The notes beneath the pieces were generated by a model. That model made no database searches and was not told the DNA's origin. It was given only the letters and a program-made list of their open reading frames with translations. Shown one piece after another: positions 38,450-51,908 of a DNA stretch of 64,000 nt. Numbering within the stretch: the stretch's first letter is position 1; every line of letters starts with the position of its first letter. The stretch is from positions 17,501 through 81,500 of the forward strand of contig CAYGFH010000003.1 of NCBI GenBank assembly GCA_964349125.1. Direction: 5' to 3'. The position numbers were made by a program, and so were the translations under genes. This DNA is from an uncultured Gammaproteobacteria bacterium (GTDB lineage Bacteria; Patescibacteriota; Microgenomatia; UBA10105; UBA927).

Positions 38450-38959
38450 CTACTGGACACAATAACTACACGTATTCCCATTAGTAGGATCCTGAGACAA
38501 GCAAGTAGCCATGTCATCAGTTAAGCCTCCAGTTGAGTAAATGGTATTTGGGTCTACCTGGAAGCTCTTTGATTCAGGAGTAAAACATACGGCAACGTGC
38601 GTCGGATCTGTAGCAGTAACATAGATTTTATTTAAATTTCCGGTTCCTGCAAGAGACATAAACTTATCTTTTAACTCGCCAGCTGCAATAAGCTTATCCA
38701 CTTGGGAGGATAGGGATAATATTGACCCTCCAGTATTCCCAGTACCCCACGGGAATTCAGCCTTGATGGCATAATAACGAAGGTTTGCATTATAAAACTC
38801 AGAAACAGTATTTCTTTGGGATGTATCACGGCCTTTTTTCAACTGCTCAAACGGATCGATGGTCGCAAGAAGTCCTACTGCAAGTGCACCCAGAAGTGCG
38901 ATAACGATAAGAAGCTCAATAAGCGTAAATCCCTTTTTCATTGTGGCAGTGTATTTCAT
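38450..38959 (-). CDS. pilA: Type IV pilin (major pilin candidate)
   Basis: MKKGFTLIELLIVIALLGALAVGLLATIDP...KGRDTSQRN, with a C-terminal disulfide (C...C). The alternative start at 38941 gives a 6-residue leader. Confidence 0.7.
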   Translation of the reverse strand: MKYTATMKKGFTLIELLIVIALLGALAVGLLATIDPFEQLKKGRDTSQRNTVSEFYNANLRYYAIKAEFPWGTGNTGGSILSLSSQVDKLIAAGELKDKFMSLAGTGNLNKIYVTATDPTHVAVCFTPESKSFQVDPNTIYSTGGLTDDMATCLSQDPTNGNTCSYCVQ

Positions 38960-39022
38960 AAATTACCTCTTCTTTATGTGTATCACCTCCCAAAGCTTAG
39001 TGTCAATAGCCCATATACTGGC

Positions 39023-40234
39023 TTATTTAAATTGACTCGTCAGATTGTAAATAGGTGTGATAACCGAAATGACGATAAACCCTACACCAACGCCCAAAAA
39101 TACCATAATGAGCGGCTCGATAGCAGTAGTAAGCCCTTTTACCAAATGCTCCGATTCTGATTCAAAATAGTTGGAGAGTTTTGTAAGTGTATCATCAAGT
39201 TTTCCCGTTTCCTCACCAACCTTCATCATTTGAGACACAATAGGTGGGAAGACTGCGTACTGGGAGAATGTTTCGCCCAATGGAAACCCTTTTTCCACTT
39301 TCTTTGATATTTCCGTGATCGCGTTTCTAAATAATACATTACCAAGTGATTCCTTCAGAATCCTAAGTCCTTCGAGAATGTGTATGCCGGAAGCGATTAA
39401 CATTCCAAGAGTCCTGGTAAACTCTACCAAAATAATTTTTTTCTGTAGCTCGCCGAAGAGGGGTATTTTCAGTATCAGTGTATCTACAACAAGCTCACCT
39501 TCCGGAGTCTTTCGCCACCTACGAAATGCCTCCACTGCGCCAAAGCCGAGTATAAGTAATAGCCACCAGTAATGGACAAAGAACCCTGAGACACCCATGA
39601 GAATTTTAGTTGATGTTGGCAAATCGATATTAAAGTCCTTGTACAAATCCGTGAGCTTCGGCACCACCACCGTCATCATGACAAACGTCACGATAGTCAT
39701 ACCTATGATGATGATGATAGGGTATATCATGGCGCCTGACACTTTACTCTTAAACTCTCGTTGCCCCTCCATAATATTTGCAAGACGATTCATTACCTGG
39801 TCAAGGGTACCAGAGGATTCCCCTGCACGTACCAGTGCTATAAACGTAGGCGGAAATAAGTCTGGGTATTTTCCCAGTGAATCAGCAAGCGTGCCACCAC
39901 CCACTATCTGGTGCTCGACTTCCTGCAGCATAGTGGCAAATACTGGATTGGATGTTTGGCTGCGCAAGATTGTTAACGCCTCTGGCAAAGAAAGGCCGGC
40001 CGTGACCATGGTCGATAATTGACGGGTGAAATTGACTATATCGGTAAAACTTACTTTGTTAAATTGATTTTTGAATCCACCAAAGGCGAACGTATCAGAA
40101 TTTTCTTTTAGCTCAACTACAAAGAGCTGCTTGTCATGAAGTAATCGTGAAGCTGTGGAATGATTTGGAGCCTCTACCAATCCGGTAAGGATTTTTCCGT
40201 CACCACCCCGAGCTTTATATCGAAATATACTCAT
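39023..40234 (-). CDS. pilC: Type IV pilus inner-membrane platform protein PilC (GspF family)
   Basis: It has two T2SS_F domains, three TM helices, and the conserved GLSLPEAL / SGTLDQVM motifs. Confidence 0.85.
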   Translation of the reverse strand: MSIFRYKARGGDGKILTGLVEAPNHSTASRLLHDKQLFVVELKENSDTFAFGGFKNQFNKVSFTDIVNFTRQLSTMVTAGLSLPEALTILRSQTSNPVFATMLQEVEHQIVGGGTLADSLGKYPDLFPPTFIALVRAGESSGTLDQVMNRLANIMEGQREFKSKVSGAMIYPIIIIIGMTIVTFVMMTVVVPKLTDLYKDFNIDLPTSTKILMGVSGFFVHYWWLLLILGFGAVEAFRRWRKTPEGELVVDTLILKIPLFGELQKKIILVEFTRTLGMLIASGIHILEGLRILKESLGNVLFRNAITEISKKVEKGFPLGETFSQYAVFPPIVSQMMKVGEETGKLDDTLTKLSNYFESESEHLVKGLTTAIEPLIMVFLGVGVGFIVISVITPIYNLTSQFK

Positions 40235-40242
40235 ACGAATTA

Positions 40243-41295
40243 TTATTGCCTCAGTAATCTTCCAAGTTCTTCGGGACGTACGGCATATGCTGTAGCTATT
40301 TCCACGCTAATTCTGCCTTCTTTCACAGCATTGGACAACGCGGTTTCAAGTGTCCGCATACCCAATTCACCTGATGTTTGAATAATATTATCAAGCAAAT
40401 GTGTCTTCCCATCACGGATCGTCGTGCGCACAGCCGGTGTCCCAGTCATAATTTCAGCAACGGCCATGCGACCGCCCCCTAATGATGGAACCAACCGCTG
40501 TGACAAGACACCCTCAAGCACTTGAGCTAGCTGCATGCGAATCTGCACTTGCTGATTTTCAGGGAATACATCGACGATGCGATCAATGGTCTGTGACGCT
40601 GAATTTGTGTGCAATGTTGCAAATACTAAATGTCCTGTTTCGGCAATGGTTATAGCTGCCTGAATCGTTTCCAGGTCTCGCATTTCGCCGATAAGTACCA
40701 CATCAGGATCTTCCCGAAGGACACTGCGAAGGGCCACATTCCACGAGTGAGTGTCCTGATGCATTTCGCGCTGTGACACAATAGACATGACTTTAGGATA
40801 TATGTACTCGATAGGATCCTCTATTGTAATTATGTGATGTGATTGTGTTTCGTTTATCTTATTAACCATCGCGGCCAACGTGGTTGATTTACCGTGTCCC
40901 GTCGGACCGGTAACTAATATAAGTCCCTGCCGTAAAGCACAAAATTCATGACATATTGCCGGCAGGCCCAGCTGATCGATTGTCCTAATCGTGTTCGGTA
41001 TTAATCGGAAATCGGCTGCAATTGTGCCTCGCTGGTAGTAAATATTTGACCGGAAACGTCCGCCCTGACTTGCTATGGAAAAATCAATTTCTTTGTTTGT
41101 TAAAAACTGGTCTTTTTGTGCATCGGTAAATATTTGGAATACAAGATCTTGAACATCCTGTGCAGAAAGAGGGGAGCTACCCTCGATAGGCTGTAGTTTC
41201 CCCGAAACGCGAATCATGGGAAAATATCCCACGATTAAATGAATGTCTGATGCCGATACGCGTACTGCTTCTGAAAAGTAAGAGTGTATATCCAT
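40243..41295 (-). CDS. pilT: Type IV pilus retraction ATPase PilT
   Basis: GLILVTGPTGHGKSTTLAAMVNKIN is Walker A. The Asp box, the His box and the ATLHTNSA motif are present. It is 350 aa. Confidence 0.85.
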   Translation of the reverse strand: MDIHSYFSEAVRVSASDIHLIVGYFPMIRVSGKLQPIEGSSPLSAQDVQDLVFQIFTDAQKDQFLTNKEIDFSIASQGGRFRSNIYYQRGTIAADFRLIPNTIRTIDQLGLPAICHEFCALRQGLILVTGPTGHGKSTTLAAMVNKINETQSHHIITIEDPIEYIYPKVMSIVSQREMHQDTHSWNVALRSVLREDPDVVLIGEMRDLETIQAAITIAETGHLVFATLHTNSASQTIDRIVDVFPENQQVQIRMQLAQVLEGVLSQRLVPSLGGGRMAVAEIMTGTPAVRTTIRDGKTHLLDNIIQTSGELGMRTLETALSNAVKEGRISVEIATAYAVRPEELGRLLRQ

Positions 41296-41299
41296 AGTA

Positions 41300-43021
41300 T
41301 TAATCCTGCGCTACGCGCAGTACCTCCTCTATTGTTGTAATGCCTTCCAATGATTTCAAGTATCCATCCTGCTTCATAGTGACCATACCATCTTTGATAA
41401 CCTGTGCTTCAATTTCATTCATAGCCGCCCGCTTCATAATAAGTTTCCCAATGATGTCAGATACCGGAAAAACCTCAAATAACGCGACGCGACCATAGTA
41501 CTTCGCTCCGTTACACGACGGGCACGGGGCATTGTTTACGACACCTTTTCCACGGTAGAGGACAATCGGTTTATCTGCAGGGATCAGTTGACCCAAGACC
41601 GACCGCATATCCGCGACGATAGTCTCGTCCGGCGTATACTCCTCACGGCATTGCGGACATATTTTTCGCGCAATACGTTGTCCGACAATCCCTGAGAGTG
41701 CAGATGCGATAAGAAATGGTTCCGCACCCAAATCCATTAACCGAGGAATAGCGCCCGCGGCATTATTCGTATGGAGCGTTGAGAAGACCAAGTGTCCAGT
41801 AAGCGACGCTTGTATAGCAAGCTCAGTCGTTTCGCGGTCGCGAATTTCTCCCACTAGAATAATATTGGGATCTTGTCGTAAAAACGACCGCAGACCCGTA
41901 GCAAACGTCAGCCCTGCCTGCGGATTTATCTGCACCTGGTTTACGCCGGAAATCTGGTATTCCACAGGATCTTCCAGTGTCATGATATTCACTTTAGAGC
42001 TGTTGAGCTTTGCAAGCACAGAATACAATGTGGTGGTTTTACCTGAACCGGTAGGACCTGTTACCAGAATAATGCCGTGAGGTCTGGTAATTGTGGTATC
42101 CAAATTTTTAAGCGCCAAACCACGAAGTCCCAATTCCTGCATGGTAGGAATGCCACCTGATTTTTTAAGCAAACGCATAACGATTTTTTCACCATGGACA
42201 GTCGGGAGTGTGGATACACGTAAATCGACTTCTGACTCTCCCATTTTAAAGTTAAATCGACCATCCTGAGGGATGCGCTTTTCATCGATCTTCATGTTGC
42301 CTAATATCTTTATTCTGGATACGACAGCATCATGAAGTCGTTTTGGCAGTACTAACCGTTCCTGTAAAATGCCGTCTACTCGGTACCTGACACGGGTATC
42401 TCCATCCTGAGGCTCAATGTGTATATCGGAAGACCGCAGTCGTACAGCCTGTTCTAGTGCGGCGGATACGATCTGGGCAATAGGTGCTTCTCTGATAACG
42501 TCTCCCAGATGTCCTGCCTCGTATGTTTTAATTTCTGAAGTTTCTGTTTCTTTAAGTGCGGCAGTGACATCATCTCCCAGGTTTTGTGTATACGCTGCCT
42601 CGATCGCTCCGAGGATATCTTCTTTGACACCCATAAATGCTCTGACAGATTTGCCTGATTTTTTTTCCAAAAATTCAATTATCTGGAAGTCCAACGGATC
42701 GATCATTGCCACAGAAAGATTGTTTGTTGCAGCATCAAACTGGAAGGGGAGTAGGGTATACCTCCTAATAACCGGCTCGGGAATATAATTGACTATATCC
42801 GGCGCGATTGCACGACCTGCAAGAGTCACAAACGGTATACCCAATGTTTTTGCCCGTGCCTTAGATAAATCAAGCTCTGATACAGCACGCTTCCGTTTAA
42901 GAATGGATTCTATACTTTCACCACTGGAGAGAGACTCTGTAGTGACATTATCCGCATCAATACGTGAGATGCGGTGATCTTCGACAAGGACATTGAGAAT
43001 TTCTTGGGCAGTGGCAGACAT
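41300..43021 (-). CDS. pilB: Type IV pilus extension ATPase PilB (GspE family)
   Basis: An N-terminal T2SSE_N domain is present. The Walker A is GIILVTGPTGSGKTTTLYS. The CPQC...CPSC tetracysteine motif is present. It is 573 aa. Confidence 0.9.
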   Translation of the reverse strand: MSATAQEILNVLVEDHRISRIDADNVTTESLSSGESIESILKRKRAVSELDLSKARAKTLGIPFVTLAGRAIAPDIVNYIPEPVIRRYTLLPFQFDAATNNLSVAMIDPLDFQIIEFLEKKSGKSVRAFMGVKEDILGAIEAAYTQNLGDDVTAALKETETSEIKTYEAGHLGDVIREAPIAQIVSAALEQAVRLRSSDIHIEPQDGDTRVRYRVDGILQERLVLPKRLHDAVVSRIKILGNMKIDEKRIPQDGRFNFKMGESEVDLRVSTLPTVHGEKIVMRLLKKSGGIPTMQELGLRGLALKNLDTTITRPHGIILVTGPTGSGKTTTLYSVLAKLNSSKVNIMTLEDPVEYQISGVNQVQINPQAGLTFATGLRSFLRQDPNIILVGEIRDRETTELAIQASLTGHLVFSTLHTNNAAGAIPRLMDLGAEPFLIASALSGIVGQRIARKICPQCREEYTPDETIVADMRSVLGQLIPADKPIVLYRGKGVVNNAPCPSCNGAKYYGRVALFEVFPVSDIIGKLIMKRAAMNEIEAQVIKDGMVTMKQDGYLKSLEGITTIEEVLRVAQD

Positions 43022-43117
43022 ACTCGTACTGTACTATTATTGCATATATATTTACAATAACCGTACCTCTATTATTGATGTAACTGCAAAAAAAATGCAA
43101 GGCATGTCTAAAAAAAT

Positions 43118-43810
43118 ATGATCCAATCAAAGATTATACTAGCAGAGACAGATGCCCAACGGCGGCAATATATCACACGCGAACTTTCATCTGCCAGCAT
43201 AAACTCTGCTGATATAGTGTATCTCGAACGGATTGATGATAAAGAACACATTGGTATTTCACAGGTGCGTGATTTTGCTCGCCAGATGATACTTTCTCCA
43301 ATGGTATCCAGCAGTAGGGTAGGCGTAATATCAAACGCACAATTACTCACAATCGAGGCACAAAATGCATTGTTAAAAATTATTGAAGAACCTCCAAAAC
43401 ATGCATTATTTATTCTTGGATCCCACTCATCTGACGCGTTATTGCCCACTGTAGTATCTCGATGTCAAGTTATACAGGCTCCCGAACAAGCCAAAGCCAG
43501 TATGTCTGTATCAGAACCAATCGCTCCAACAGATCAATTGGAACTACTTATTCAATCCAGACCAAGTGTCATTATCAGCACAATCCAACCCATCGCCACA
43601 GATCGATTAGTTGCGAGGCAGTGGGCAATCGCGGCGATTCAAACCACACGTGGTTTGCTGTTGTCTGAAGTATCGGCAGGAAAAAATCCCCGCAGACTTA
43701 AACGACTGCATAGAATAATACGGGCACTCGAACAAGCCAGGAAAGAGTTGGACGTGAATGTTACACACAGGTTCGCACTTGAACATGTTTTTCTCTCGGT
43801 GGTGGACTGA
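43118..43810 (+). CDS. holB: DNA polymerase III delta-prime-like clamp-loader subunit (short form)
   Basis: ALLKIIEEPPKHALFILGSHSSDALLPTVVSRCQV matches the conserved delta-prime sensor region. It has no intact P-loop. Confidence 0.55.
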   Translation: MIQSKIILAETDAQRRQYITRELSSASINSADIVYLERIDDKEHIGISQVRDFARQMILSPMVSSSRVGVISNAQLLTIEAQNALLKIIEEPPKHALFILGSHSSDALLPTVVSRCQVIQAPEQAKASMSVSEPIAPTDQLELLIQSRPSVIISTIQPIATDRLVARQWAIAAIQTTRGLLLSEVSAGKNPRRLKRLHRIIRALEQARKELDVNVTHRFALEHVFLSVVD

Positions 43811-43831
43811 AGAACCCTACGGGGATCCATC

Positions 43832-44455
43832 CTACGCTTCATTGGCATTTTTTTTCTGCCTTGAACTCACGTGACCCTCCATATCAATTTTATAGATAAG
43901 CAATTCCCCTGTTTTAAGCTCAACTTTTTCTATATCACTATCTGAAATGTTTTCTAAAAATTTTATAAGCGCCCGAAGACTATTTCCGTGCGCCACCACT
44001 AGAACGCACTCACCCGACATAAGAAAGGGCAGTATGGATTCGGTATAATACGGGATAACCCGATCATATACCTGCTTCAAATTTTCACCTTGTGGGACAA
44101 CAGTATCCCACCCTCTACGAAGTGCTTTGTATCCTGATTCGCCCAATTCAGCCTGAACCTGGGTTTTGTTTTTCCCAGTATATATCCCATAATCACGTTC
44201 GTTTAGTGCACTGTTTTTTGCGATTGGTATCTGCGAATATCCTAACTCCTCCAAGATAATGAATAGTGTCTGTTGCGCACGAGATAGTTCGGATGTAAAT
44301 GCACGAGAAATAGCTCTGTTTGTGAGTTGTTTTGCTGCCTTAGCTGCTTCAATTTTCCCGTTATCAGACAATCCTATATCGGTAAGGCCTGTCCATACGT
44401 TTTGTGCATTCCACAACGATTCACCATGACGGACAAGAATAAGAGTGCCATGCAT
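43832..44455 (-). CDS. gpmA: 2,3-bisphosphoglycerate-dependent phosphoglycerate mutase
   Basis: LILVRHGESLWNAQNVWTGLTD is the RHGE catalytic His motif. The start is taken at the internal ATG. The track start at 44485 extends into pgk. Confidence 0.85.
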   Translation of the reverse strand: MHGTLILVRHGESLWNAQNVWTGLTDIGLSDNGKIEAAKAAKQLTNRAISRAFTSELSRAQQTLFIILEELGYSQIPIAKNSALNERDYGIYTGKNKTQVQAELGESGYKALRRGWDTVVPQGENLKQVYDRVIPYYTESILPFLMSGECVLVVAHGNSLRALIKFLENISDSDIEKVELKTGELLIYKIDMEGHVSSRQKKNANEA

Positions 44456-44465
44456 ACTGATACGA

Positions 44466-45659
44466 TTATGACACATGCAGGCCATTTTTCAACGTCTCAA
44501 TGGTTGGTAAGGTTCCTTTCTCAATAAACTCCAACATAGCGCCGCCACCTGTGGAAATCAGAGAGATTTTTGATAGGATAGCAGAATCTGTGATAGTGGA
44601 AATAGTATCCCCTCCACCTACAATACTCCGGCATTCAGTTCCTGCGATGTCCTCACAGGCTTGCCTCGTACCTATCGAGAACCTGGCATCTTCGTATAAC
44701 CCGAGAGGACCGTTCCAGATTATGGTTTTCGCCCCCCGTATTATTGTGCGCAGCTCAGTTCTGGCAACAGGTCCTACATCATAAATACCCATTCCCATAG
44801 GTACTTTGTCATAGGGAAACACCATTGGTTTTGTTGTTCTCTCTATGTTACTAACAACCACATCGCTAGGAAGCAACAATCGGGAAGGAACACGAGTCGC
44901 TTTCCAGAGGACACTTCTGGCCATTTCTATCATTTCATAATCCACCTTCGATACGCCCACTCCTATACCCCATGTCGCAAAGAAGGTGTTTGCTATGGCG
45001 CCTCCCAAATATATAGTATCGGCGACCTCCAATAACTTATCAATTACGCGAATTTTCTCGGGTGTCTTCCCACCCCCGATTATGACCAACAAAGGACGTT
45101 CAGGCTCTTTTACAGCGTGCGATATCATCTCTATTTCCCGCGCAAACAATAATCCTGCATATGAAGGAAGGTATGCGGTTATGCCGACAGTTGAGGCATG
45201 TGTCCTGTGGGCGGCTCCAAAGGCATCATTCACATAGATATCCCCAAGCCTTGAGAGTTTTTTTGCAAATACCGGATCGTTTAATTCCTCTCCCTTTTGA
45301 AAACGGATATTTTCGCACAATACGACTGACCCCGGCGGCAATGCGCGAATATCAGAAACCGCTTCATCTTCGAGGTATGAATCTATGAAAAATATATCTT
45401 TTTTCAACAACTTCGATAACCGTTTTGACACGCCCGATAGGGACAGTGACGGGTCCGCCTCACCTTTTGGACGTCCGAGATGGGAAAGCAAGATAACGAT
45501 TGCTCCATGGGCGATCAAATATTCAATGGTGGGTAATGCTTCGCGAATGCGTTTATCATTTGCTATCTCATTATCTGCAGTCAACGAAACATTAAAATCC
45601 ACTCGCACAATGACGCGCTTTCCCGAAACGTGTATGTCTTGAATTTTGGGAATTTCCAT
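44466..45659 (-). CDS. pgk: Phosphoglycerate kinase
   Basis: RVDFNVSL...ILLSHLGRPKG...GGGDT are PGK signatures. Confidence 0.9.
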   Translation of the reverse strand: MEIPKIQDIHVSGKRVIVRVDFNVSLTADNEIANDKRIREALPTIEYLIAHGAIVILLSHLGRPKGEADPSLSLSGVSKRLSKLLKKDIFFIDSYLEDEAVSDIRALPPGSVVLCENIRFQKGEELNDPVFAKKLSRLGDIYVNDAFGAAHRTHASTVGITAYLPSYAGLLFAREIEMISHAVKEPERPLLVIIGGGKTPEKIRVIDKLLEVADTIYLGGAIANTFFATWGIGVGVSKVDYEMIEMARSVLWKATRVPSRLLLPSDVVVSNIERTTKPMVFPYDKVPMGMGIYDVGPVARTELRTIIRGAKTIIWNGPLGLYEDARFSIGTRQACEDIAGTECRSIVGGGDTISTITDSAILSKISLISTGGGAMLEFIEKGTLPTIETLKNGLHVS

Positions 45660-45660
45660 A

Positions 45661-46662
45661 CTATATTTTTATTGCACAATGTACCGCCATATCAACAAGA
45701 CGGTTGGCATAGCCCCATTCATTATCGTACCAGGCCGTCACATGGATGAGGGTACCGGAAACAACATCTGTCAAAAAAGGATCGACGACAGCAGAGTGCG
45801 GGTTACCGATATAATCTGTTGAGACCAATTCCTCCGCTGCGACATCCAAAATACCGTGCAGCATAGCCTGTTTGGCATGCTCAAACGCAGCGTTGACAGT
45901 TTCAGGGGATACCGACTTGGATACTTCAACAACGAGATCTATGAGTGATACGGTTGGGGTAGGAACCCGCACGGCACGGCAGGGCAATACACCTTTGAGA
46001 TGGGGGAATAGCTTAGCAACATCTTTTGCCGATCCACTGGTAGCCGGAATCAGATTTACCAACGCACTTCTCCTATCACGAATACCTTTTGGCTGGGAGT
46101 TGTCCAGAAGATTCTGAGAGTCGGTTGCTGCGTGAACAGTCGTCATGGATCCGCGTATCACACCGAACTGTTCATCTAACACGGAAAGGACAGGAGCGAT
46201 GCAATTTGTGGTGCACGAAGAGTTCGATACGATCTGTTCTCCGGACCACTTCTGGTGGTTAACCCCCATCACAAATGTCGGTGTATCATCTTTGGCCGGT
46301 GCAGATATGACCACTTGTGTCACACTGTCTCGCATATGCGCACGTGCTGTATCCGTTGTAGTAAATTTCCCTGTACACTCAAGCACAGTCTCTACTTTGA
46401 GTGACTGCCATGGGATTTTTGAAGGATCTTTTTCACGAAAGCAGGCGACTGAATTGCCATCGATACCTATGGATGAGTCTGTATATGTTACCGCGCGGGA
46501 GAATGTTCCCTGTACCGAATCATGTGAAAGCAAATACGCGTGGGACTCAGGTGCCGCGCCGCTGTTGATTGCGACAAGTTCCACATCAGTTCGTCCCAGT
46601 ATCACACGGGCGGCATTTCGACCAATCCTGCCAAATCCATTGATGCCTATTTTTCGTTTCAT
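45661..46662 (-). CDS. gap: Glyceraldehyde-3-phosphate dehydrogenase (type I)
   Basis: The N-terminal Rossmann motif is IGINGFGRIGRN, and the catalytic motif is SNSSCTTNCIAPV. Confidence 0.9.
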   Translation of the reverse strand: MKRKIGINGFGRIGRNAARVILGRTDVELVAINSGAAPESHAYLLSHDSVQGTFSRAVTYTDSSIGIDGNSVACFREKDPSKIPWQSLKVETVLECTGKFTTTDTARAHMRDSVTQVVISAPAKDDTPTFVMGVNHQKWSGEQIVSNSSCTTNCIAPVLSVLDEQFGVIRGSMTTVHAATDSQNLLDNSQPKGIRDRRSALVNLIPATSGSAKDVAKLFPHLKGVLPCRAVRVPTPTVSLIDLVVEVSKSVSPETVNAAFEHAKQAMLHGILDVAAEELVSTDYIGNPHSAVVDPFLTDVVSGTLIHVTAWYDNEWGYANRLVDMAVHCAIKI

Positions 46663-46664
46663 AG

Positions 46665-48773
<2,109 letters not shown>

Positions 48774-48800
48774 CGCATATTAATTTGTGAAAGGAGTTAT

Positions 48801-49313
48801 ATGAATCTAAAAAACATTAAACCAGGTAAAAATCCTCCAGAAGACGTCAATGTCATTATCGAAATCCCTGAAGGATCGATGATAAAGTATGAGCTGGATA
48901 AGGAAGCAGGTGTTATCGCTGTGGACCGTTTTGTTCGCACAACGATGGGGTATCCCGCTAATTACGGATTTGTGCCAAATACGACAGCCGGAGATGGGGA
49001 TCCAGTCGATGTTCTGGTGCTCTGCAGCCAGCCGCTCCATCCGGGAGTCATGATAAACGTCACTCCCATTGCCATGCTTGAAATGGAAGATGAGTCAGGG
49101 AAAGACGAAAAAATTATTGCGGTACCCAGTGAAAAATCTGACCCAATGTATGGTGTGATGAAAGATCTCGGCGATATTTCTGAGCATGTGAAAGCAAAAA
49201 TTAAACACTTCTTTGAGCACTACAAAGAGCTTGAACCCGGCAAATGGGTGAAACTCAATGACTGGAAAGGCAAAAAAGAGGCTATGGCAGCAATTTTGGA
49301 GGGGATTAAATAA
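48801..49313 (+). CDS. ppa: Inorganic pyrophosphatase (family I)
   Basis: [14 protein letters not shown]...DGDPVDVLV is the family I PPase signature. Confidence 0.9.
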   Translation: MNLKNIKPGKNPPEDVNVIIEIPEGSMIKYELDKEAGVIAVDRFVRTTMGYPANYGFVPNTTAGDGDPVDVLVLCSQPLHPGVMINVTPIAMLEMEDESGKDEKIIAVPSEKSDPMYGVMKDLGDISEHVKAKIKHFFEHYKELEPGKWVKLNDWKGKKEAMAAILEGIK

Positions 49314-49346
49314 TTTATAATTATAAATTTTTAATTAGACACGGAT

Positions 49347-51908
49347 ATGGCAGACATCGGTAAAATCAATACATCAGATATATCAGTAGAAATGCAGAAG
49401 TCCTACTTGGACTATGCCATGTCTGTTATCGTGGCCCGCGCATTACCTGATGTACGCGATGGAATGAAACCGGTGCACCGGAGAATCCTCTACGCCATGC
49501 ATCAGATAGGGCTTCACCACAGTGCCAAATACAAAAAGAGCGCATCAGTAGTCGGAGAAGTATTGGGTAAGTACCACCCACATGGAGACAGTGCGGTATA
49601 CGAAGCCATGGTTCGACTCGCGCAGGATTTTACCATGCGCTACCAATTGGTAGACGGGCAGGGAAACTTTGGATCAGTTGACGGCGACCCCGCAGCAGCC
49701 ATGCGGTATACGGAGGCCAGGCTTGCGGGCATATCAGACGAGATGCTCTTAGATATTGAGAAAGAAACAGTTGATTTTATTCCAAATTTCGATGGCACGA
49801 TACAGGAACCTGTGTACCTTCCGGCCAAGTTGCCAAACCTGCTTCTCATGGGTAGTGAGGGTATCGCCGTTGGTATGGCGACAAAAATCCCGCCACACAA
49901 TCTCTCCGAAGTTATCGATGCTATTACGAAACTTATCAGTAAAACGAAGATAGAAGATACACACAGCGATACGCAGAAAGTCGCAGCAGCCAAAAAAGCC
50001 ACTGAAGAAATCACACAGACGGCAACAACTGACGCCCGCTTTAATTTTGTATTTGATGTGACAGTCGATGACCTGATGGAGCATATCCAGGGACCGGACT
50101 TCCCGACCGGGGGAGCTATCTATGATATTAATGAAATAAAATCTGCATACGCAACGGGACGGGGAAAGATAGTTATGCGCGGAAAAGCAGATATTGAAGA
50201 TATCGGGAACGGTAAATCAGCTATTATCATTACGGAACTCCCGTACCAGGTAAACAAGGCACAACTCGTGGCAAAGATTGCTGATCTGGTCAAAGATAAA
50301 GCCCTAGAAGGAATATCTGACCTACGTGATGAGTCTGACCGTAGAGGAATCCGAATTTATGTAGAACTAAAGCGTGACGCACGACCAAAGCAGGTTCTCA
50401 ATAACCTATTTAAACAAACAGCACTTCAAACGACGTTCCCGGTGAATACCGTTGCTCTCGTTGATAATACCCCTCAAACGTGCAGCCTGAAACTTATCCT
50501 TGAAGAGTATGTTAAACACCGCCATGATGTGGTGAGAAGAAGAAGTGAGTTCGAACTTCGACAGGCCCGAGCGCGTGAACATATACTGGAAGGGCTCAAA
50601 ATTGCCGTCGATCACATCGATGAAGTTATCGCCATCATAAAGAAAAGTAAGGATGCAGATGAAGCAAAAAAGAAATTAATGGAGCGATTTGGTCTTTCTG
50701 ATATCCAGACTACGGCCATTCTTGACATGCAGCTTCGCAAACTCGCGGCTCTTGAGAGACAGAAGATTGAAGATGAACTTGCAATGATCAGAGAAACAAT
50801 AGCATATCTCGAAGATTTGCTTGCCCATCCGGTAAAAATCCTCAAGGTGATCTCCGACGAACTGGCCAAACTGAAAGAAAAGTATGGGGATGAGAGAAGA
50901 ACAAAAGTATACAAGAGCAAAGTCGGTGAGTTTAGTGAAGAGCAGCTTATCGCCAATGAAGACGTTATTATCACCATGAGTGAATCTGGATACATCAAGA
51001 GACTTCCCAAGTCCACCTTTAAAATGCAGGAACGGGGAGGCAAGGGAGTGATCGGCATGGCAACAAAAGAAGAGGATTCCATAGATAAGATCGTTGCTGC
51101 ACAAACCCACGATAACATGCTCTTTATCACAGATCGCGGACGAGTATACCAGGTACGTGTATGGGATATCCCGGAGACTTCCAGACAGGCAAAGGGACAG
51201 GCCGTTGTCAACCTTATAAATACCGAATCAGGTGAAAAGGTGACCTCAGTATTGGCATATTCTCTCAAGCGTGCGGAACAGAAAGAACAGGGTGTCCAGT
51301 TTATAATCATGGCCACAAAAAATGGCACAGTCAAAAAATCAAAACTGTCGGAATATGAAAATATTCGAAGAAGCGGTATCGTTGCCATTAAATTAGAGAA
51401 AGGCGATGAACTCGCTTGGGCACGCCTTACCAGCGGATCAGATGATATCCTCCTGGTGTCACATGAAGGAAAATCCATCAGGTTCTCCGAGAGTGAAGTG
51501 CGCCCAACAGCACGAGATACGATGGGTGTACGGGGAATTTTGCTCAAATCCCCTGACTATGTCGTCAGCGTCGATATGATAAACGAAGAGACCAGAAAAG
51601 GGGATTTCCTTACCATAATGGAAAAAGGAATCGGTAAGAAAACAGCAATCAAAGATTTCCCGAAGCAAAAACGCGGAGGACAGGGTGTGAAGGTTGCTGA
51701 GGTCAAGGATAAAACAGGCAAAGTGGTGGTATCACAAATCGTGCCTGCGGATACGGAAAGCGTGATCCTGACATCCACAAAAGGACAAGTGGTGAAACTG
51801 CCGATTAACTCGATTCCACATTTGGGACGGGCAACTAGCGGCGTTATCCTTATGCGGTTCACGGACAAAGGCGATACCATCGCCGCTGCGACATGTCTGA
51901 CTAAATAG
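49347..51908 (+). CDS. gyrA: DNA gyrase subunit A
   Basis: [29 protein letters not shown]...[10 protein letters not shown] carries the catalytic Tyr. The C-terminal beta-pinwheel repeats are present. Confidence 0.9.
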   Translation: MADIGKINTSDISVEMQKSYLDYAMSVIVARALPDVRDGMKPVHRRILYAMHQIGLHHSAKYKKSASVVGEVLGKYHPHGDSAVYEAMVRLAQDFTMRYQLVDGQGNFGSVDGDPAAAMRYTEARLAGISDEMLLDIEKETVDFIPNFDGTIQEPVYLPAKLPNLLLMGSEGIAVGMATKIPPHNLSEVIDAITKLISKTKIEDTHSDTQKVAAAKKATEEITQTATTDARFNFVFDVTVDDLMEHIQGPDFPTGGAIYDINEIKSAYATGRGKIVMRGKADIEDIGNGKSAIIITELPYQVNKAQLVAKIADLVKDKALEGISDLRDESDRRGIRIYVELKRDARPKQVLNNLFKQTALQTTFPVNTVALVDNTPQTCSLKLILEEYVKHRHDVVRRRSEFELRQARAREHILEGLKIAVDHIDEVIAIIKKSKDADEAKKKLMERFGLSDIQTTAILDMQLRKLAALERQKIEDELAMIRETIAYLEDLLAHPVKILKVISDELAKLKEKYGDERRTKVYKSKVGEFSEEQLIANEDVIITMSESGYIKRLPKSTFKMQERGGKGVIGMATKEEDSIDKIVAAQTHDNMLFITDRGRVYQVRVWDIPETSRQAKGQAVVNLINTESGEKVTSVLAYSLKRAEQKEQGVQFIIMATKNGTVKKSKLSEYENIRRSGIVAIKLEKGDELAWARLTSGSDDILLVSHEGKSIRFSESEVRPTARDTMGVRGILLKSPDYVVSVDMINEETRKGDFLTIMEKGIGKKTAIKDFPKQKRGGQGVKVAEVKDKTGKVVVSQIVPADTESVILTSTKGQVVKLPINSIPHLGRATSGVILMRFTDKGDTIAAATCLTK

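Noticed and set aside
50612-51547. 311 aa antisense ORF inside gyrA
   Set aside because: gyrA is unambiguous on the plus strand. The antisense product is Ser-rich and low-complexity with no start context.
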